A DNA stretch of 63,659 nt, the filler included, from Octopus bimaculoides (lineage: Eukaryota), in the NCBI RefSeq assembly GCF_001194135.2. It is 3 parts of 3 records of this genome, joined end to end, with 100 filler letters (N's around TTAATTAATTAA, not from the genome) between each part and the next. Parts side by side here need not be neighbours in the genome. Positions count along the whole stretch, not along the records: positions 1 to 31,512 come from NC_069008.1; 2 more parts are not named here. The stretch is one strand, 5' to 3'. The notes beneath the pieces are model-generated. The model did no database searches. It saw nothing but the letters and a program-made list of their open reading frames with translations, and was not told the origin of the DNA. Shown piece by piece: positions 1 to 12,172 of this stretch (position 1 is the first letter of the stretch; every line of letters starts with the position of its first letter). The position numbers were made by a program, and so were the translations under genes.

Positions 1-545
1 ACATTTGATAGAATAATCTGAATGCTAAAAAGTTAAGAAAACGTTTCTTGAACGAAGGACTTGCTGAACCAATATATTTAAAAACACAGGATCTGGCCCT
101 ACATGGCGCGGGGGTGGTCAACCCATCTGTGTCGAAGATGAATGTTTGGTCCTCATTTGAGGTGGTGGAACTGGGAATAGCAGATACCTCCTCCAAGTCT
201 TTGGTTCTGGATAGATCATTTCCAGGTTCGGCGTTTGTACTGGTCACTCTATCTGCATCTATGGTTTGTTCATTATCCGTGGCGGTGGTCTCAGGATCAT
301 CGGTGACGTTCTCTGTGATGCTGGTCCCATCTTGGTTATTATTTCTGGGTGTGGCAACTGTATTAGCGTGAGATCTGGTTAATCTGCTAAGAATATTGCT
401 GTTTGATGTTACATTACTGTTATTACGGATATTAGATCTAGGTGTCACCGTAACCTCATATCTGACCCCTTCAGCCTTGCATCGGCCTCCTTGGACAGTT
501 ATTATATACCCTGCAAGAACAACCTGCTTCCTCCCCCTCAATTTC
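1..545 (-). mobile_element. possible Penelope-like element relic (GIY-YIG-like words)
   Basis: The interrupted minus-strand frame ends ...CRARSCVFKYIGSASPSFKKRFLN, resembling the YIGxTxxxFKxR motif of GIY-YIG endonucleases. The first half of the motif is not clear. Confidence 0.25.
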
Positions 546-569
546 TTCATTTTTCACATTTTTCTATAA

Positions 570-754
570 CTCTAACCCTAAAATCCCAACCATAGCCCTA
601 ACCCTAAAACCCCAACCCTAACTCTAAAACCGTGACCCTAAAACCAATACAAACGCACAACGATGTCATAAATAACAGTGACAAACGAAATATACACCGC
701 CGATAGTTGTTGTTGACAAACAACGGCAGTAATTTTATTCAAGGGAAAAGATCC
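570..754. mobile_element. partial GGATC-terminated element carrying degenerate (CCCTAA)n repeats
   Basis: Degenerate TAACCC units at about 570-635. The segment ends in AAAAGATCC (746-754), the same terminus as the MITE at 32179-32745. Confidence 0.45.
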
Positions 755-964
755 CAAAATAGGCAATTTCGAAAACGCTAAAAACAAAACGAAAATACTT
801 CCACAAACAAAATAAATTGAAAACATTTTTTAAATAACTAATAACTGAATTGAATAAACTATATACACGTGTATCTCAAATGTAAATATATCAGAAATAA
901 CAGTAACAAAGTAAATTTACACCGCCAGAACGTCTTGTTGACAAACCACAGCAGTAATTGTTTT

Positions 965-1170
965 CACCTCAACAGACGTCATTGATTGGTTGAAATTACC
1001 GAAATACGACAACTTTAACACGAAATAACTTCGAAAATAAAGAATTTTCTTCAAAACGCCAAGAGTAAATGATGTTTTAAATGACACATTCTAGCAGTAT
1101 ACGAAATTTGAAAGTGTTTTTAGTTACAAAAAATTATTTTTTCTGTGTGCCGGCCGAAAGGAAAAGATGC
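965..1170. mobile_element. right arm of the GGATC-terminated MITE family
   Basis: GACGTCATTGATTGGTTGAAATTACCGAAATACGACAAC matches the right arm at about 32558-32600 and, inverted, 42430-42490. It ends GAAAAGATGC. Confidence 0.55.
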
Positions 1171-1319
1171 GACGTTGCTTTCTTTTAACATTGATGTCAC
1201 TGACGTCATTCAAACGAATGGAAGATTTTCAAATAATCAACTCCGCTGCTTAATCAATGTCTTTCTAATTCGTTGAGCTAATCTCACAGAAATACAACCA
1301 AAAGCCTTCTAAAAGTAAC

Positions 1320-1960
1320 GTGTAATGTCAGGTGTATTTGGCTGCTATTTTTACAGGTTCAGTGATTGTGTAAACCCTCACTTGTTGATACGTAATTACT
1401 ATTTAGCTGGATAATGATTTTGGCATTTACCAGTGATTAGATACATATGAAAACGCACATCGTAATAGTTAAGACTGTTTCTCGGTCTATATTATGCTGG
1501 GGACTTTTCAAATTTGTCACCGGTCTCATGGAAGTACGGGAAAATTACGAAGGACGTCGTCTATTCCTTGTGTTTCTAATTAATTTAAATCTAATTATAT
1601 GTGTTAATTATCTCGTGTTAAGAACGTTAGTCTTTGTGTGCAAAATTGGGCCAACTGCATGTTTGAGGATCGGTTTTCCATCGCCTTCCTGATTAAATAT
1701 TTCATTTGATCACATCTTTACATCGTTAATTGGTTGTTCCCTTTTTAACAGGACAGGGGAAATGGCTTTTAACCAACAACAAATTAGTCAATGAACTTTC
1801 CCCCAGCCTTCTTCACTTTATGTTTGAACTTTATATCAAACATTCTAGTGGTAAGTAGAAAATATATCTTCATTACATCTGATCCACTCATGTAAATAGA
1901 AGTCTGTGATAACTAAGACAACAAACTGAACCATAATTAATTAGCTCAGACATTTGTCAA
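1320..1960 (+). promoter_or_regulatory. upstream block A: putative promoter/non-coding exon 1 of ZNF-1, donor at 1851
   Basis: Homologous to the reverse complement of 14990-15740. Both keep a G|GTAAGT donor. The matching acceptor is TTATTTCAG at 3312-3320. Confidence 0.55.
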
Positions 1961-2408
1961 TTTTAAGAATTGTTCAAGAAATAACGATAAGAATGTTAAG
2001 CACTTGTACACTTGTAAAACAACTGTTTTCACTGATATAGATACCGTTAGAGATGAGAAAGGTGTCGGGAAAAATAGGTCAATATACAGTTTAAGCCCTG
2101 GTCACGAAAACAAAAAGAAACCAACCTATTACGTGTAAAAAAAAATGTATAGGAAACTGGTATGAAAACACAAAATTGCGCAATCGAACGGTTGGGTAGG
2201 GAGAGGACTTTCGGGAAATTCACAAGATCCGATTTTTTCCTTCAAAACTCTGAGGAAAAAGGGAACTTTAATGAATTTTACAGAAACGCCTTTCAAACAG
2301 CATAGATTACGATTATAAAGAAATTTGTGGAAGAAATGTTTTCCGAAGGGGTGGGGACAGGAGATTGAAACAACGATGCGAAAATGCCCCACACTTACAG
2401 TTTTGAAG

Positions 2409-2845
2409 ATAGTTGTTTGTTGTTGGCACTCCGTCGCATACGACGTCGAGGGTTCCAGTTGATCCGATCAACAGACCAGCCTGCTCGTGAAATTAACGTG
2501 CAAGTGGCTGAGCACTCCACAGACNNNNNNNNNNNNNNNNNNNNNNNNNNNNNNNNNNNNNNNNNNNNNNNNNNNNNNNNNNNNNNNNNNNNNNNNNNNN
2601 NNNNNNNNNNNNNNNNNNNNNNNNNNNNNNNNNNNNNNNNNNNNNNNNNNNNNNNNNNNNNNNNNNNNNNNNNNNNNNNNNNNNNNNNNNNNNNNNNNNG
2701 GTGAAAGAGTACAGCAGGGTTCGCCACCATCCCCTGCCGGAGCCTCGTGGAGCTTTATGTGTTTTCGCTCAATAAACACTCACAACGCCCGGTCTGGGAA
2801 TCGAAACCGCGAGTCCGCTGCCCTAACCACTGGGCCATTGCGCCT
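2409..2845 (-). mobile_element. tRNA-head SINE, family 1 (spans a gap)
   Basis: Reverse-complement match to the copies at 20820-21186 and 31614-31890. Confidence 0.8.
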
Positions 2846-2859
2846 ACACACACATAAAC

Positions 2860-3070
2860 GTTAGCACGCGGGGCGAAATGCTTAGCGGTATTTCGTCTGC
2901 CGCTACGTTTTGAGTTCAAATTCCGCCGAGGTCGACTTTGCCTTTCATCCTTTCGGAGTCGATTAAATAAGTACCAGTTACTCACTGGGGTCGATATAAT
3001 TGACTTAATCTGTTTGTCTGTCCTTGTTTGTCCCCTCTGTGTGTAGCCCCTTGTGGGTAGTAAAGAAATA
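2860..3070 (+). mobile_element. tRNA-head SINE, family 3 (5' clipped)
   Basis: GAAATGCTTAGCGGTATTT...GAGTTCAAATTCCGCCGAGGTCGACTTTGCC recurs about ten times in the window and contains a B-box-like word. Confidence 0.8.
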
Positions 3071-3741
3071 ACACATAATATATATATATATATATATAGA
3101 TAGATAGATTTAAAATAAGCAGAAAATGGAGGAAACTTTTGATCAACAAGCAAAAAAATTGACCAACATCGGTTGATTATTTTTTAATATAAAACTTTAA
3201 GATTGCTTACACCAGTTTCAGTTACCAATGTTTGTCAGTGCCTCCAAAGAAATATAGAAATGGTGCAACATTTCCATTTTGATCTCCTCTATATCTAATA
3301 CTGTTTCTTTATTATTTCAGATTAACGGATGACTTTGGCACAAAACATCTTTTGTACATTGGATGCATCTGGAATATTCATCATGTTCTAAAAACTAAAA
3401 GAAAATGTTTTAAAGAACAAATATAATAACCCTACTGCTATAAATCTAGACTGGAATTACTGTGAAATATTTGCTCTGATTGAAGATTCATAGCACCATT
3501 TCTGCATTTCAATCATCTGGAGCTTCTGCATTCTAATTAAGCTTGAATATATTTCTAAAGGAGTTTGTAGCATCTTTAGATATTGATGAAGATCACAGTT
3601 GGTAACCATAGCGGTATTTGTGTAAAAACAGAAACAAGAAAACCATTGAAATATTGGGATGGACAGAGAATAATTTGAAGGGATTAATGTAATAGGGTGA
3701 AACAGCTAAAGGATTCGGTTTTGTTTTTATTTCTTGGAGAA

Positions 3742-4512
3742 ATGTCAAAAGATATACAAAAGTCATCATATCAGTGTGATATCAGTGATAAACCATTCTG
3801 TGAAAATGATAATTTAAAAGAGCAGAAACAGAATCCTTCGGGAGGAAAACGATATCATTGTGATATCTGTGGTAAATCATACTTGATAAATACCACCTTA
3901 AAGAGACACAAACGTATACACACAAGGGAGAATCCATATCATTGTGATATCTGCGGTGACTCATTCTCAGAGAGTAGCAAATTGACTAGACACGTACGTA
4001 TCCACACAGGAGAGAGACCATATCACTGTGACATTTGTAGTCAATCATTCTCAGAAAATGGCCACTTAACTAGACACAGACGTATCCATACAGGAGAAAA
4101 ACCATATGATTGTGATATCTGTGGTCAATCATTCTCAGAAAGTGCCAACTTAACTAGACACAAACTTATCCACACAGGTCAAAAACCATTTCACTGTGAT
4201 ATCTGTGGTAAATCATTCTCTGTAAGTAGTGCCTTAACTACTCACAAACGTATTCATACAGGTGAGAAGCCATATCACTGTGATAACTGTGACAAATCAT
4301 TTTCTCAAGCATATCACTTAACAATTCACAGACGTATTCATACAGGCGAGAGACCATTTCAATGTGATATCTGTGGTAACGCATTCTCGGACAGTAGCAA
4401 CCTCACTAGACACAAACGTACCCATACAGGAGAGAAACCATTTGACTTCGATATCTGTGGTAAATCATTTTCTCAAATGGGTCACTTAACAATTCACAAA
4501 CATATTTATTAA
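3742..4512 (+). CDS. C2H2 zinc-finger protein ZNF-1 (7 intact fingers, degenerate first and last)
   Basis: CxxC-12-HxxxH repeats with TGEKP-type linkers. The ATG at 3742 (MSKD) aligns with the MS starts of the three paralogues. Confidence 0.9.
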   Translation: MSKDIQKSSYQCDISDKPFCENDNLKEQKQNPSGGKRYHCDICGKSYLINTTLKRHKRIHTRENPYHCDICGDSFSESSKLTRHVRIHTGERPYHCDICSQSFSENGHLTRHRRIHTGEKPYDCDICGQSFSESANLTRHKLIHTGQKPFHCDICGKSFSVSSALTTHKRIHTGEKPYHCDNCDKSFSQAYHLTIHRRIHTGERPFQCDICGNAFSDSSNLTRHKRTHTGEKPFDFDICGKSFSQMGHLTIHKHIY

Positions 4513-5914
4513 GGAGAGAAGCCATATCTCTGTGATGTCTATAGCAAAGCATTCTCTCAAATTTCTGAATTAACTTTACTATTATATTCATACAGGAATA
4601 AACCATTTTCTCAAAACTCAACTTCAGTAGACATGTATCTATCTATACAAAAGTGTAACTTTTCCGTTGTCAAATTTCTTTACAACAAACAACAACTAAC
4701 ATTTGCAGATGATTTTTTTTTCTGTTAAATCCTGGATTATCTTTGTGGACTTTACAATCATCCATGAACCTTTGGCAATAATCATATCCCTCGTGGTTGT
4801 TTCACAGCCAGATGCCCTTCCTTATGCCAACCCTTTTAGTAACCTTTTATGCGGGACATAAAAGGTTACTTGGACACAAGCTGCTTGTTAAAATTCGTTT
4901 TATTTAAGAAATAACTTGTATAACCATAAAGGCAAATTATATTGCAACCACTTGTTTTATCTGTCTGTTGACAATTGAGCGTGTGAATCTCTGAATTGGT
5001 CAACAAAATGTTTGTTTTTTTCAAGATGTGTTGTTCATCACATTTACATTAAATGCTTAAAACTACATGTTTACTCGTTTCTTTTTGTCATTGAGGTGTG
5101 CTGAAAAAAACAGCTAAATAACGTTTTTTGGACTAACATAAACATTTATTTACATGAAAGAAAATTACCAGAGAACTTTCGTCTAATTCTTCCAGATCTT
5201 TCTGTTAAAACCATTGAAACCATTTGTGGGCAAAAATTCTAATGTTTATCGTATGTAACATATTTTTCATTGCATTTGCATTAAATGCATATTGAATGCT
5301 TAAAATTACTTGCTTACTGATTTCTTTTTGTCATTGAGGTGGTTGTGAAGTGTGCTAAAAATAACATTTTTTGAATAAATCTTTTTAAGTTCATGCTGTT
5401 GCATTAAATGCATATTGAGGGCTTCAAACTACAAATTGCATATTGTTTAGAAATATTGATAATACATGCTATTTTTAGGATGCTGACAAAATGTGCAGTC
5501 ACACACAAAATGACAGCTTCTTGTCCTATTTCCTCTTTCCTGACTGGGTGAAAATGATCAAACTTGCCTTTTATACTTCAGTTGCAGCTTCTGATACCTC
5601 ACCACTACCATCTTCATCTCTCTTTCAGTATCCATTCCAGTTCTTCATAGACACCCTTATATAATGGGAGCTAACCATCAACCTTCCGTACAAGAAAAAA
5701 AAAAAAGAACTTGCTCCTGTCCCTTCTATCAAACTTCTCGACTCCTCAGGTAAAGCTACACCTGTCTCTTCCATACTCCCATGCAGTCTAATTTGACTAT
5801 TACATCTGCTACTTACTGAATTCCCTCGTGCTGCTGCCATGCAAAGAATTCATCCTATGCTATCTGTGAAGATGTTGGTGTTAGGAAGAGAGAATCCAGA
5901 TAAATTTATCCCAT

Positions 5915-6240
5915 CCACATGGTTCCTGGTTCAGTCCTGTGTGGCAACTTGAGCAAGTGTGGTCTGCTATGGTCTTGAGCCAACCAAAGCCTTGTGAGTG
6001 GATTTGGTAGACAAAAACTGAAAGAAGCCCATCTTATATATGTATGTATGTGCGTGTGTCTGTGTTTGTCCTCCCAACATCACTTGACAACCGGTGTTGG
6101 TGTGCTTATGTCCCCATAACTTTGTGGTTCAGCAAAAGAGACTTAAAGAATAAGTTCTGAGGTTGATTTTTTTCAGCTAAAACCCTTTAATGTGGTGCTC
6201 CAGCATGGCCACAGTCAAACGCCTGAAACGTGTAAAAGAA
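5915..6240 (+). mobile_element. SINE family 2 (5' truncated, diverged)
   Basis: Matches 23173-23553 (CCAAAGCCTTGTGAGTGGATTTGGTAGAC...AAACTGAAAGAAGCCC). Confidence 0.7.
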
Positions 6241-7254
6241 TATATTTTGTTTAGGCAGAATGAGACTAATCACCTGGTGTAGAACTCAATACACATATGC
6301 TTCACAATGCAATGTTGGGTGAGTATAGAGTGGTTAATGGACAAAGAGATAACATCAGGAAAACAAAGGTTATGAAATGAACTTCAGCAGCTTAGTTGTT
6401 TCTGCTATAAGATGTGGTGGATTCTTAGTTGAGTCCCTGGGTAACATCCTATAGCTTCATCAGAGCCTTGAATATGAAGTGCACTTTATTTGGGAAAATT
6501 ACTTTTTCAGAACATACAGGTGTTACAAGTAAGAAAGTCTGTGTTGGTGGCTATGGAAGATTCTGTCCAGATGTAGGAGAACGTATACAAATATACACAT
6601 GCACTTATATCAGAAGGAAAAGGAAACTCACGCAGATATATGGTCACAGAGAAAGAGCAGAAATATATAGGTATACATGCACATGCAAACACATACAATA
6701 TGCGCTTATCCTTTCATGGTTGATAAATTAAGTACCAGTTATGCACTGGGAACAACCGTGCTCGAATGTTGTTTTTCAAGTGCCAGTAAGGTGACATTGG
6801 CTATGATCATGCTCAAATGGTGCTTTTTACGTGCCACCGGCACAGGAGCCAATTTGCGGCCCTGGCAACGATCACACTCAGATGGTGCTTTTAACGTTCC
6901 ACTGGTACAAGTGCCAATCAGGTGGTACTGTCATCAGGCCGATTATATATGTGTGTACATATATATATATATACATACATACATACACATTCATATATAT
7001 ATATATATACACATACATACCTATTCATATATATATATATATATATATACATATACATACCTATTCATATATATATATATATATATACACACACATCAAT
7101 TTGTTCTGCAAGATTCCTGATGTGAAATCATGTTAAAGCAGATATTGTATCTGGGGATGATCAATTTTCTTTTTTTGCCACTTAAACACACACACTATAT
7201 TTTTTTCTCTCTTCAGATTTTATTTTATTATTTTAACTTATGTCTGTTGCACGG

Positions 7255-7287
7255 AAATCTTTCGTCACACATCTGTGACCTCTTCAG
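7255..7287 (-). ncRNA. hammerhead-ribozyme-like core (stem I not evident)
   Basis: Minus strand: CUGAAGA-G-GUCACA[GAUG]UGUGAC-GAAA-GAUUUC. Confidence 0.4.
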
Positions 7288-7681
7288 TGACACTTTTCGT
7301 TTCCATGTGTGTTCTTGCTCTACTCCATTCTCTGCATTTACGTAGCACCAGCACGGCTGCACTGGCACCCACACGGTTACGAATGTTCAGTTGGAGGGGG
7401 ATGCAGGGAACAGCCTATATGCAAGGACAACAGTGTTTTTACTTAGCATGACGTATCTTTTCAAACACAGCAAACTGTGATCCTTTCTCACCACTTCATC
7501 TCACGTCTTCCTAGGAAGGAGTAGACCTAGGAGTAGGCTGTTCCCTGAAAAATAGCAACCCAGGATTTTGTGGATGAAATGCCTAACAAATCAACTTCAA
7601 CATAAAAAAAAACCCACAAAGGTTAATAATCTATGCTTTAGTATAGAAAATGGTCTTTAAATTTTGGTGGTTGTTTTTGTG

Positions 7682-8461
7682 TTACACTTTTGTATGGACT
7701 GATACATGTTTATTTAAGTGACTTTTTTGAGCAAATGATTGGCCACACATATCACAGTGAAATGGCCTCTCTCCTGTATGGACACGTTTGTGAGTTGTTA
7801 AGGCACAACTGACAGAGAATGATTTACCGCAGACATCACAGTGATATGGTTTCTCTCCTGTATGAATACGTTTGTGAGTTGTTAAGGCACTACTAACGGA
7901 GAATAATTTGCCACAGATATCACAGTGATATGGTTTCACTCCTGTATGAGTTCGTTTGTGCATAGTTAAGTGATCGATTTGAGTGAATGATTTGCCACAA
8001 ATATTACAGTGATATGGCTTGTCTCCTGTGTGAATACGTTTGTGCCTACTTAAGTGACTGCCATCAGAGAATGAGGTACCACAGATATCGCAGTGAAATG
8101 GCTTGTCTCCTGTATGAATACGTTTGTGAGCTGTTAAGGAAAATTTAACAGAGAATGATTTACCACAGGTATCACAATTATATGGTTTTTCCCCTGTATG
8201 AATACGTCTGTGAGATGTTAAGGCACAGTTTACAGAGAATGATTTACCACAGATATCACAGTGATATGGCTTCTCTCCTGTATGAATACGTTTGTGAGTC
8301 GTTAGGTGAATTTTTTGCGAGTATGATTTACCACAGATATTGCAGTGAAAAGGCTTCTCTCTGGCATGTATACATTTGTGAATGTTTAGGTTACATTTTT
8401 CAGAGAATAATTTATCACAAGTGTCACAACGATATAATGATTTTTCTACTTCTTCCGACAT
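7682..8461 (-). CDS. C2H2 zinc-finger protein ZNF-2 (9 fingers)
   Basis: Intact ORF. The start is 8461 (MSEE, matching the paralogues) or the in-frame ATG at 8479. Confidence 0.9.
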   Translation of the reverse strand: MSEEVEKSLYRCDTCDKLFSEKCNLNIHKCIHAREKPFHCNICGKSYSQKIHLTTHKRIHTGEKPYHCDICGKSFSVNCALTSHRRIHTGEKPYNCDTCGKSFSVKFSLTAHKRIHTGDKPFHCDICGTSFSDGSHLSRHKRIHTGDKPYHCNICGKSFTQIDHLTMHKRTHTGVKPYHCDICGKLFSVSSALTTHKRIHTGEKPYHCDVCGKSFSVSCALTTHKRVHTGERPFHCDMCGQSFAQKSHLNKHVSVHTKV

Positions 8462-9699
8462 TTCTTTAGACCCAATCATTGAAGTTTCTCACAGCATTAA
8501 AGTTTTCCTTATCTTTCGTTTCTCACTGTTATCAAACTCGATATTCACTGATATCTAAAGATACTGCCAAAACCTTTATAAATTTATTAAAGATAGAATG
8601 CAAAAGCACCAGATAACAAGATAGAGAAATGGTGCTATGAATCTTCGCTCAGAGCAAATATTTCCTAGCAATTCAACCCTGGATTTGTAGCAGTAGTGTT
8701 ATTATTGGTTCCATAAAACATTTTCTGTTAGTCTTTAAAACATGATAAATATTCCAGATGTATCCAATGTACAAAAGTTGTTTTGTGCCAATGTCATCCG
8801 TTAATCTGAAATGATAAAGAAACAGCATTAGATATAGAGGAGAGATCAAAATGGAAATGTTCCAACATTTCTTTATTAACAAATGACATCATATAACATT
8901 GGGTGAAATCAACATATTTCTAAACTATAGCTACACCTTCAAATTGGTATCTATCTATCTATCTATCTATATTTTTCTATACATACATATTGAAATAGAG
9001 AATAGTGGACACCAACATTCTTCACTGGTGTAAAATAACATTTGTTATTGTTGTTTACCGAGGAGGCAGGGAAAGGAGTTTCGAAAAATTCACACAATCC
9101 GAGATTTTTTCACTCATAACTTTCAGGAAAATGGGTATGTTATAATGAAATTTTATAGAAATATCTATCAAATAGTATAGATTAAGATTATAAAGAAATT
9201 CGTAGGGAAAATTTTTTTTCCGAGGATGTGGGGAGAGAAGTTGCAGATCAGGAAGACCAAGTTGGAACTACTCCATTTTGACGGGGATTTTTCCCATTTC
9301 TTTTTTACCCACACCCTTCAAAATGACGGGTGGGAGGAAACATCATATTATGAAAAAAGTTTTTAAATTCTTTCCCATAAATCCCTATAAACTCTGAATC
9401 CACAGCATCTAAGCGTTATTTGATGGTAAATTCGTTAAAAAGGATCCATTTTTCTGGAAGTTATGAGGCAACAAAATCGGAGGCGGGTAGAGATCTATAG
9501 TTATGTGAAATAAAAAAAAGTTATGAGGGGAGATATTTGAAAGGTATAGGGTGGGTAGACGCAAAAAAGAGAACTCCAGACCAAAATATAATTTGGTTGA
9601 GACGCTTGCTGTTTGGATTTTCACCTGTGGGGTGTGCAGGATTTTCATGTCAGTTACGACTAAAGAAATGATGAAATTGCACGTGCATAATACATATTC

Positions 9700-10110
9700 C
9701 TGCAGAGTATTCCCGGATTTCTAGAAGCCGGTTAAGAGGTCCGCTACTGCGTATATAGATAAATATGTATGTATATCTGACGAAGGTTAGGAATACGCAG
9801 ACCCGGTACTTAGGGTCGGGGTTAAGGTGGCGCCGAAGACGAGTGGTGTGCGTATTCTTTACCTCCGCCTGTATATCTTACCTGTTAATAATATACAAAT
9901 GAATATCTAGTGTGAAAATAGATTCAATTTTACCAAATTTCCATCAAAAGATACAAAACACGTTAGTGTTGTTCTTGCTATCAACAATGCTTGCAGCGGA
10001 AACGGGACACAACTACAGTCTCCGCTCTCTAGTAAAGAAAAGCAAAAAAGTATGTCAACGTTACAAAAGTAGAGTAAAAGATTTTAAAAAAAGAAAATGA
10101 AATATGATAA
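9700..10110 (-). promoter_or_regulatory. upstream block B: putative promoter/non-coding exon 1 of ZNF-2, donor at 9881
   Basis: Inverted homologue of 16880-17170. CAG|GTAAGA donor in both; acceptor at 8806. Confidence 0.55.
9779..9870. mobile_element. 92-bp insertion with 8-bp direct repeats and imperfect inverted ends
   Basis: GTATATCT at 9771-9778 and 9871-9878. The insert is absent from the paralogous site at about 17101-17140. Confidence 0.65.
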
Positions 10111-10864
10111 TATTTTGATGTAAATAAACCAGTTCCATGAAGGTTTTTATTCTGCTCGGCGTCTGATCCGTTAATCACGGCTGTCCAACGATTAAGACGC
10201 ATTGTTTTATATTAGGTAAAGACAGTATCCATCTACCAACGTCTTTCGACACTATGCCGCATTTTCGTACTAAAATACCAAATAAAATATCTATATTATA
10301 TATCTATTATTTACTATTGTAGAAAGGAATTATTGATAGGATATTATAATTCATAACAGTCTTCCCTGCCGAGTAAAAAGTTAGTCACAGTGCATTCAAA
10401 ACATATAGACCTTTAGATAAAAAGGGGAGTCTTGATATTTCGTCCTGATCTCAATTTTGTCCTTGAATAGTTGGCGTTTTTTTTACCCGTATCATTCTCG
10501 TTCAGGTACTCTTTGCCAGTTGCAAATCTGTTCGTGTTTCACAGTAAGCAAAGTGTCTTTATTGATACATGACTACTATTGGTTTACTGTCGGGGTTGGT
10601 TTTTTGCGGTTTTATTATTTTTGGATTTTGTTGTTCCGTATTGAACTTTGTGTAGTTAACCCTGGTTGTGCTAATGTGTTATCTTTGCTTCTTTGATTGA
10701 AAGCTTGTCCTCTTTGTTGTATTCCTCTCGGGGGACTCGCAGAGGAAAGACAACAAGTTGTACAACTTAGTTATTACATTTATTTATTTATTAATTATAA
10801 ATAAAGAACGCACTCACCGAATGTTCGTTATTAAGAAACAAGAATCTTGTCCCCGCCATATACA

Positions 10865-11460
10865 TCAATAACATTCCACTTCGACAGTCACATCAAAAAG
10901 ACAACGAAACAGGGTCCTGAGACGAACAACATACAAATCTAACAGTCCATATAACACTGCTGAAACAAGATTGTGTGTCAACACTGTATCTATTTGTCTG
11001 TTACCAAACTGTATGCTTGCAAAGTGGGGAGAAATCATCTCCAACAATGTAACGTTTTCTGAGATGTTGATGATGCAGTATTGTACTTCGATATTCTGGA
11101 GGAATTCAGGTAGAATGGTGCCCACTGTCGATGATCTTGGGGGTCGTGTTAATAGCTGTACAGAGGGAGTCTTTCATGGCTGATAGTGCCATAGGAAGGC
11201 CTGTCGACCATGAAAATTTATCTAGTTGTAGGAAACTAAGTACTAGATTTATGGTTTTCATGAGATTGCTGTTGATCCTTTCTCATTGGCCATGGTCTTG
11301 AGGTCAACAAGATGTTCTACTTATTGTTGCATTAGTATGAAGGAAGTCCTGGAGCTTTTTATTATGAAATTAGGTCCCTCTGTCAGAGTGGGTACAACTT
11401 GGTGATACAAACGATGAAAAGAGGTTGAGCAGCTGGGAAACTACTGTTTCAGTACTCATG
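10865..11460 (-). mobile_element. Gypsy/Ty3 LTR-retrotransposon integrase relic
   Basis: Broken minus-strand frames read THSDRGPNF and HGQ*ERINSNLMKTINLVL...WSTGLPMALSAMKDSLCTAINTTP, typical integrase core motifs. Confidence 0.7.
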
Positions 11461-12172
11461 TCATTGATTTAACTCTAATATTAATACTATACGTCCCCAT
11501 TCCTTTCTTTTCGACAATGATTTAACTCATGTCTTTGCATGGGTACCTGGAGTACTCATCGACTATTACCAATAAATAGTGGTATTGTGCAGTTGATGTC
11601 AGGGGACCAACAAAGTCAATTGAGAGGTGCTACCAAGGTCTTGATGCTTATATTAATTGATCTATAAGTCGCTTCGTCCCACCGCATGGCACCTTGGGCA
11701 AGTGTCTGCTGCTATAGCCCCAAGCCGACCGAAGCTTTGTGATTGAATTTGGTAGGCGGAAGTTACTGTCGTGTGTGTATATGTCTGTGTATGTGCTTGT
11801 GCCTCTCTCCCAGAGAGAGAGAGAGAGAGAACCAAATTTACACAGAGAAATAAGAAGCAAGCTTAAATAAACAAGCAAAGAGAAGATCAAAGCCCAGCAT
11901 GAACAAAGGCCTTGGATGCAATTAATCAATGAGAAGCAATCAAACATATATACATCCATATACAAATATATATATTTAGGTACATATAAAAACAAAGCCA
12001 GGAAGTTTGAGTGTTGAATAGATATTTATTTACCCACGTGACTTCACAATCTTCTTCATGGAGTATATATTTTCAGAAAGCAAGAAACTGTGTGTTCATG
12101 TTTGCATTAATATTTCTGCTCAGCATTATCCAATACAATTGTATATTCATAGAAATCTGAGAAATAACAGAG

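Noticed and set aside
3697-3741. N-terminal extension MKQLKDSVLFLFLGE of ZNF-1
   Set aside because: It starts at GTG; the paralogues align at the ATG at 3742.
8155-8469. Antisense ORFs with repeating [15 protein letters not shown] (also 3782-3964, 4406-4621, 19232-19558)
   Set aside because: They are shadows of the 84-bp zinc-finger repeat on the opposite strand.
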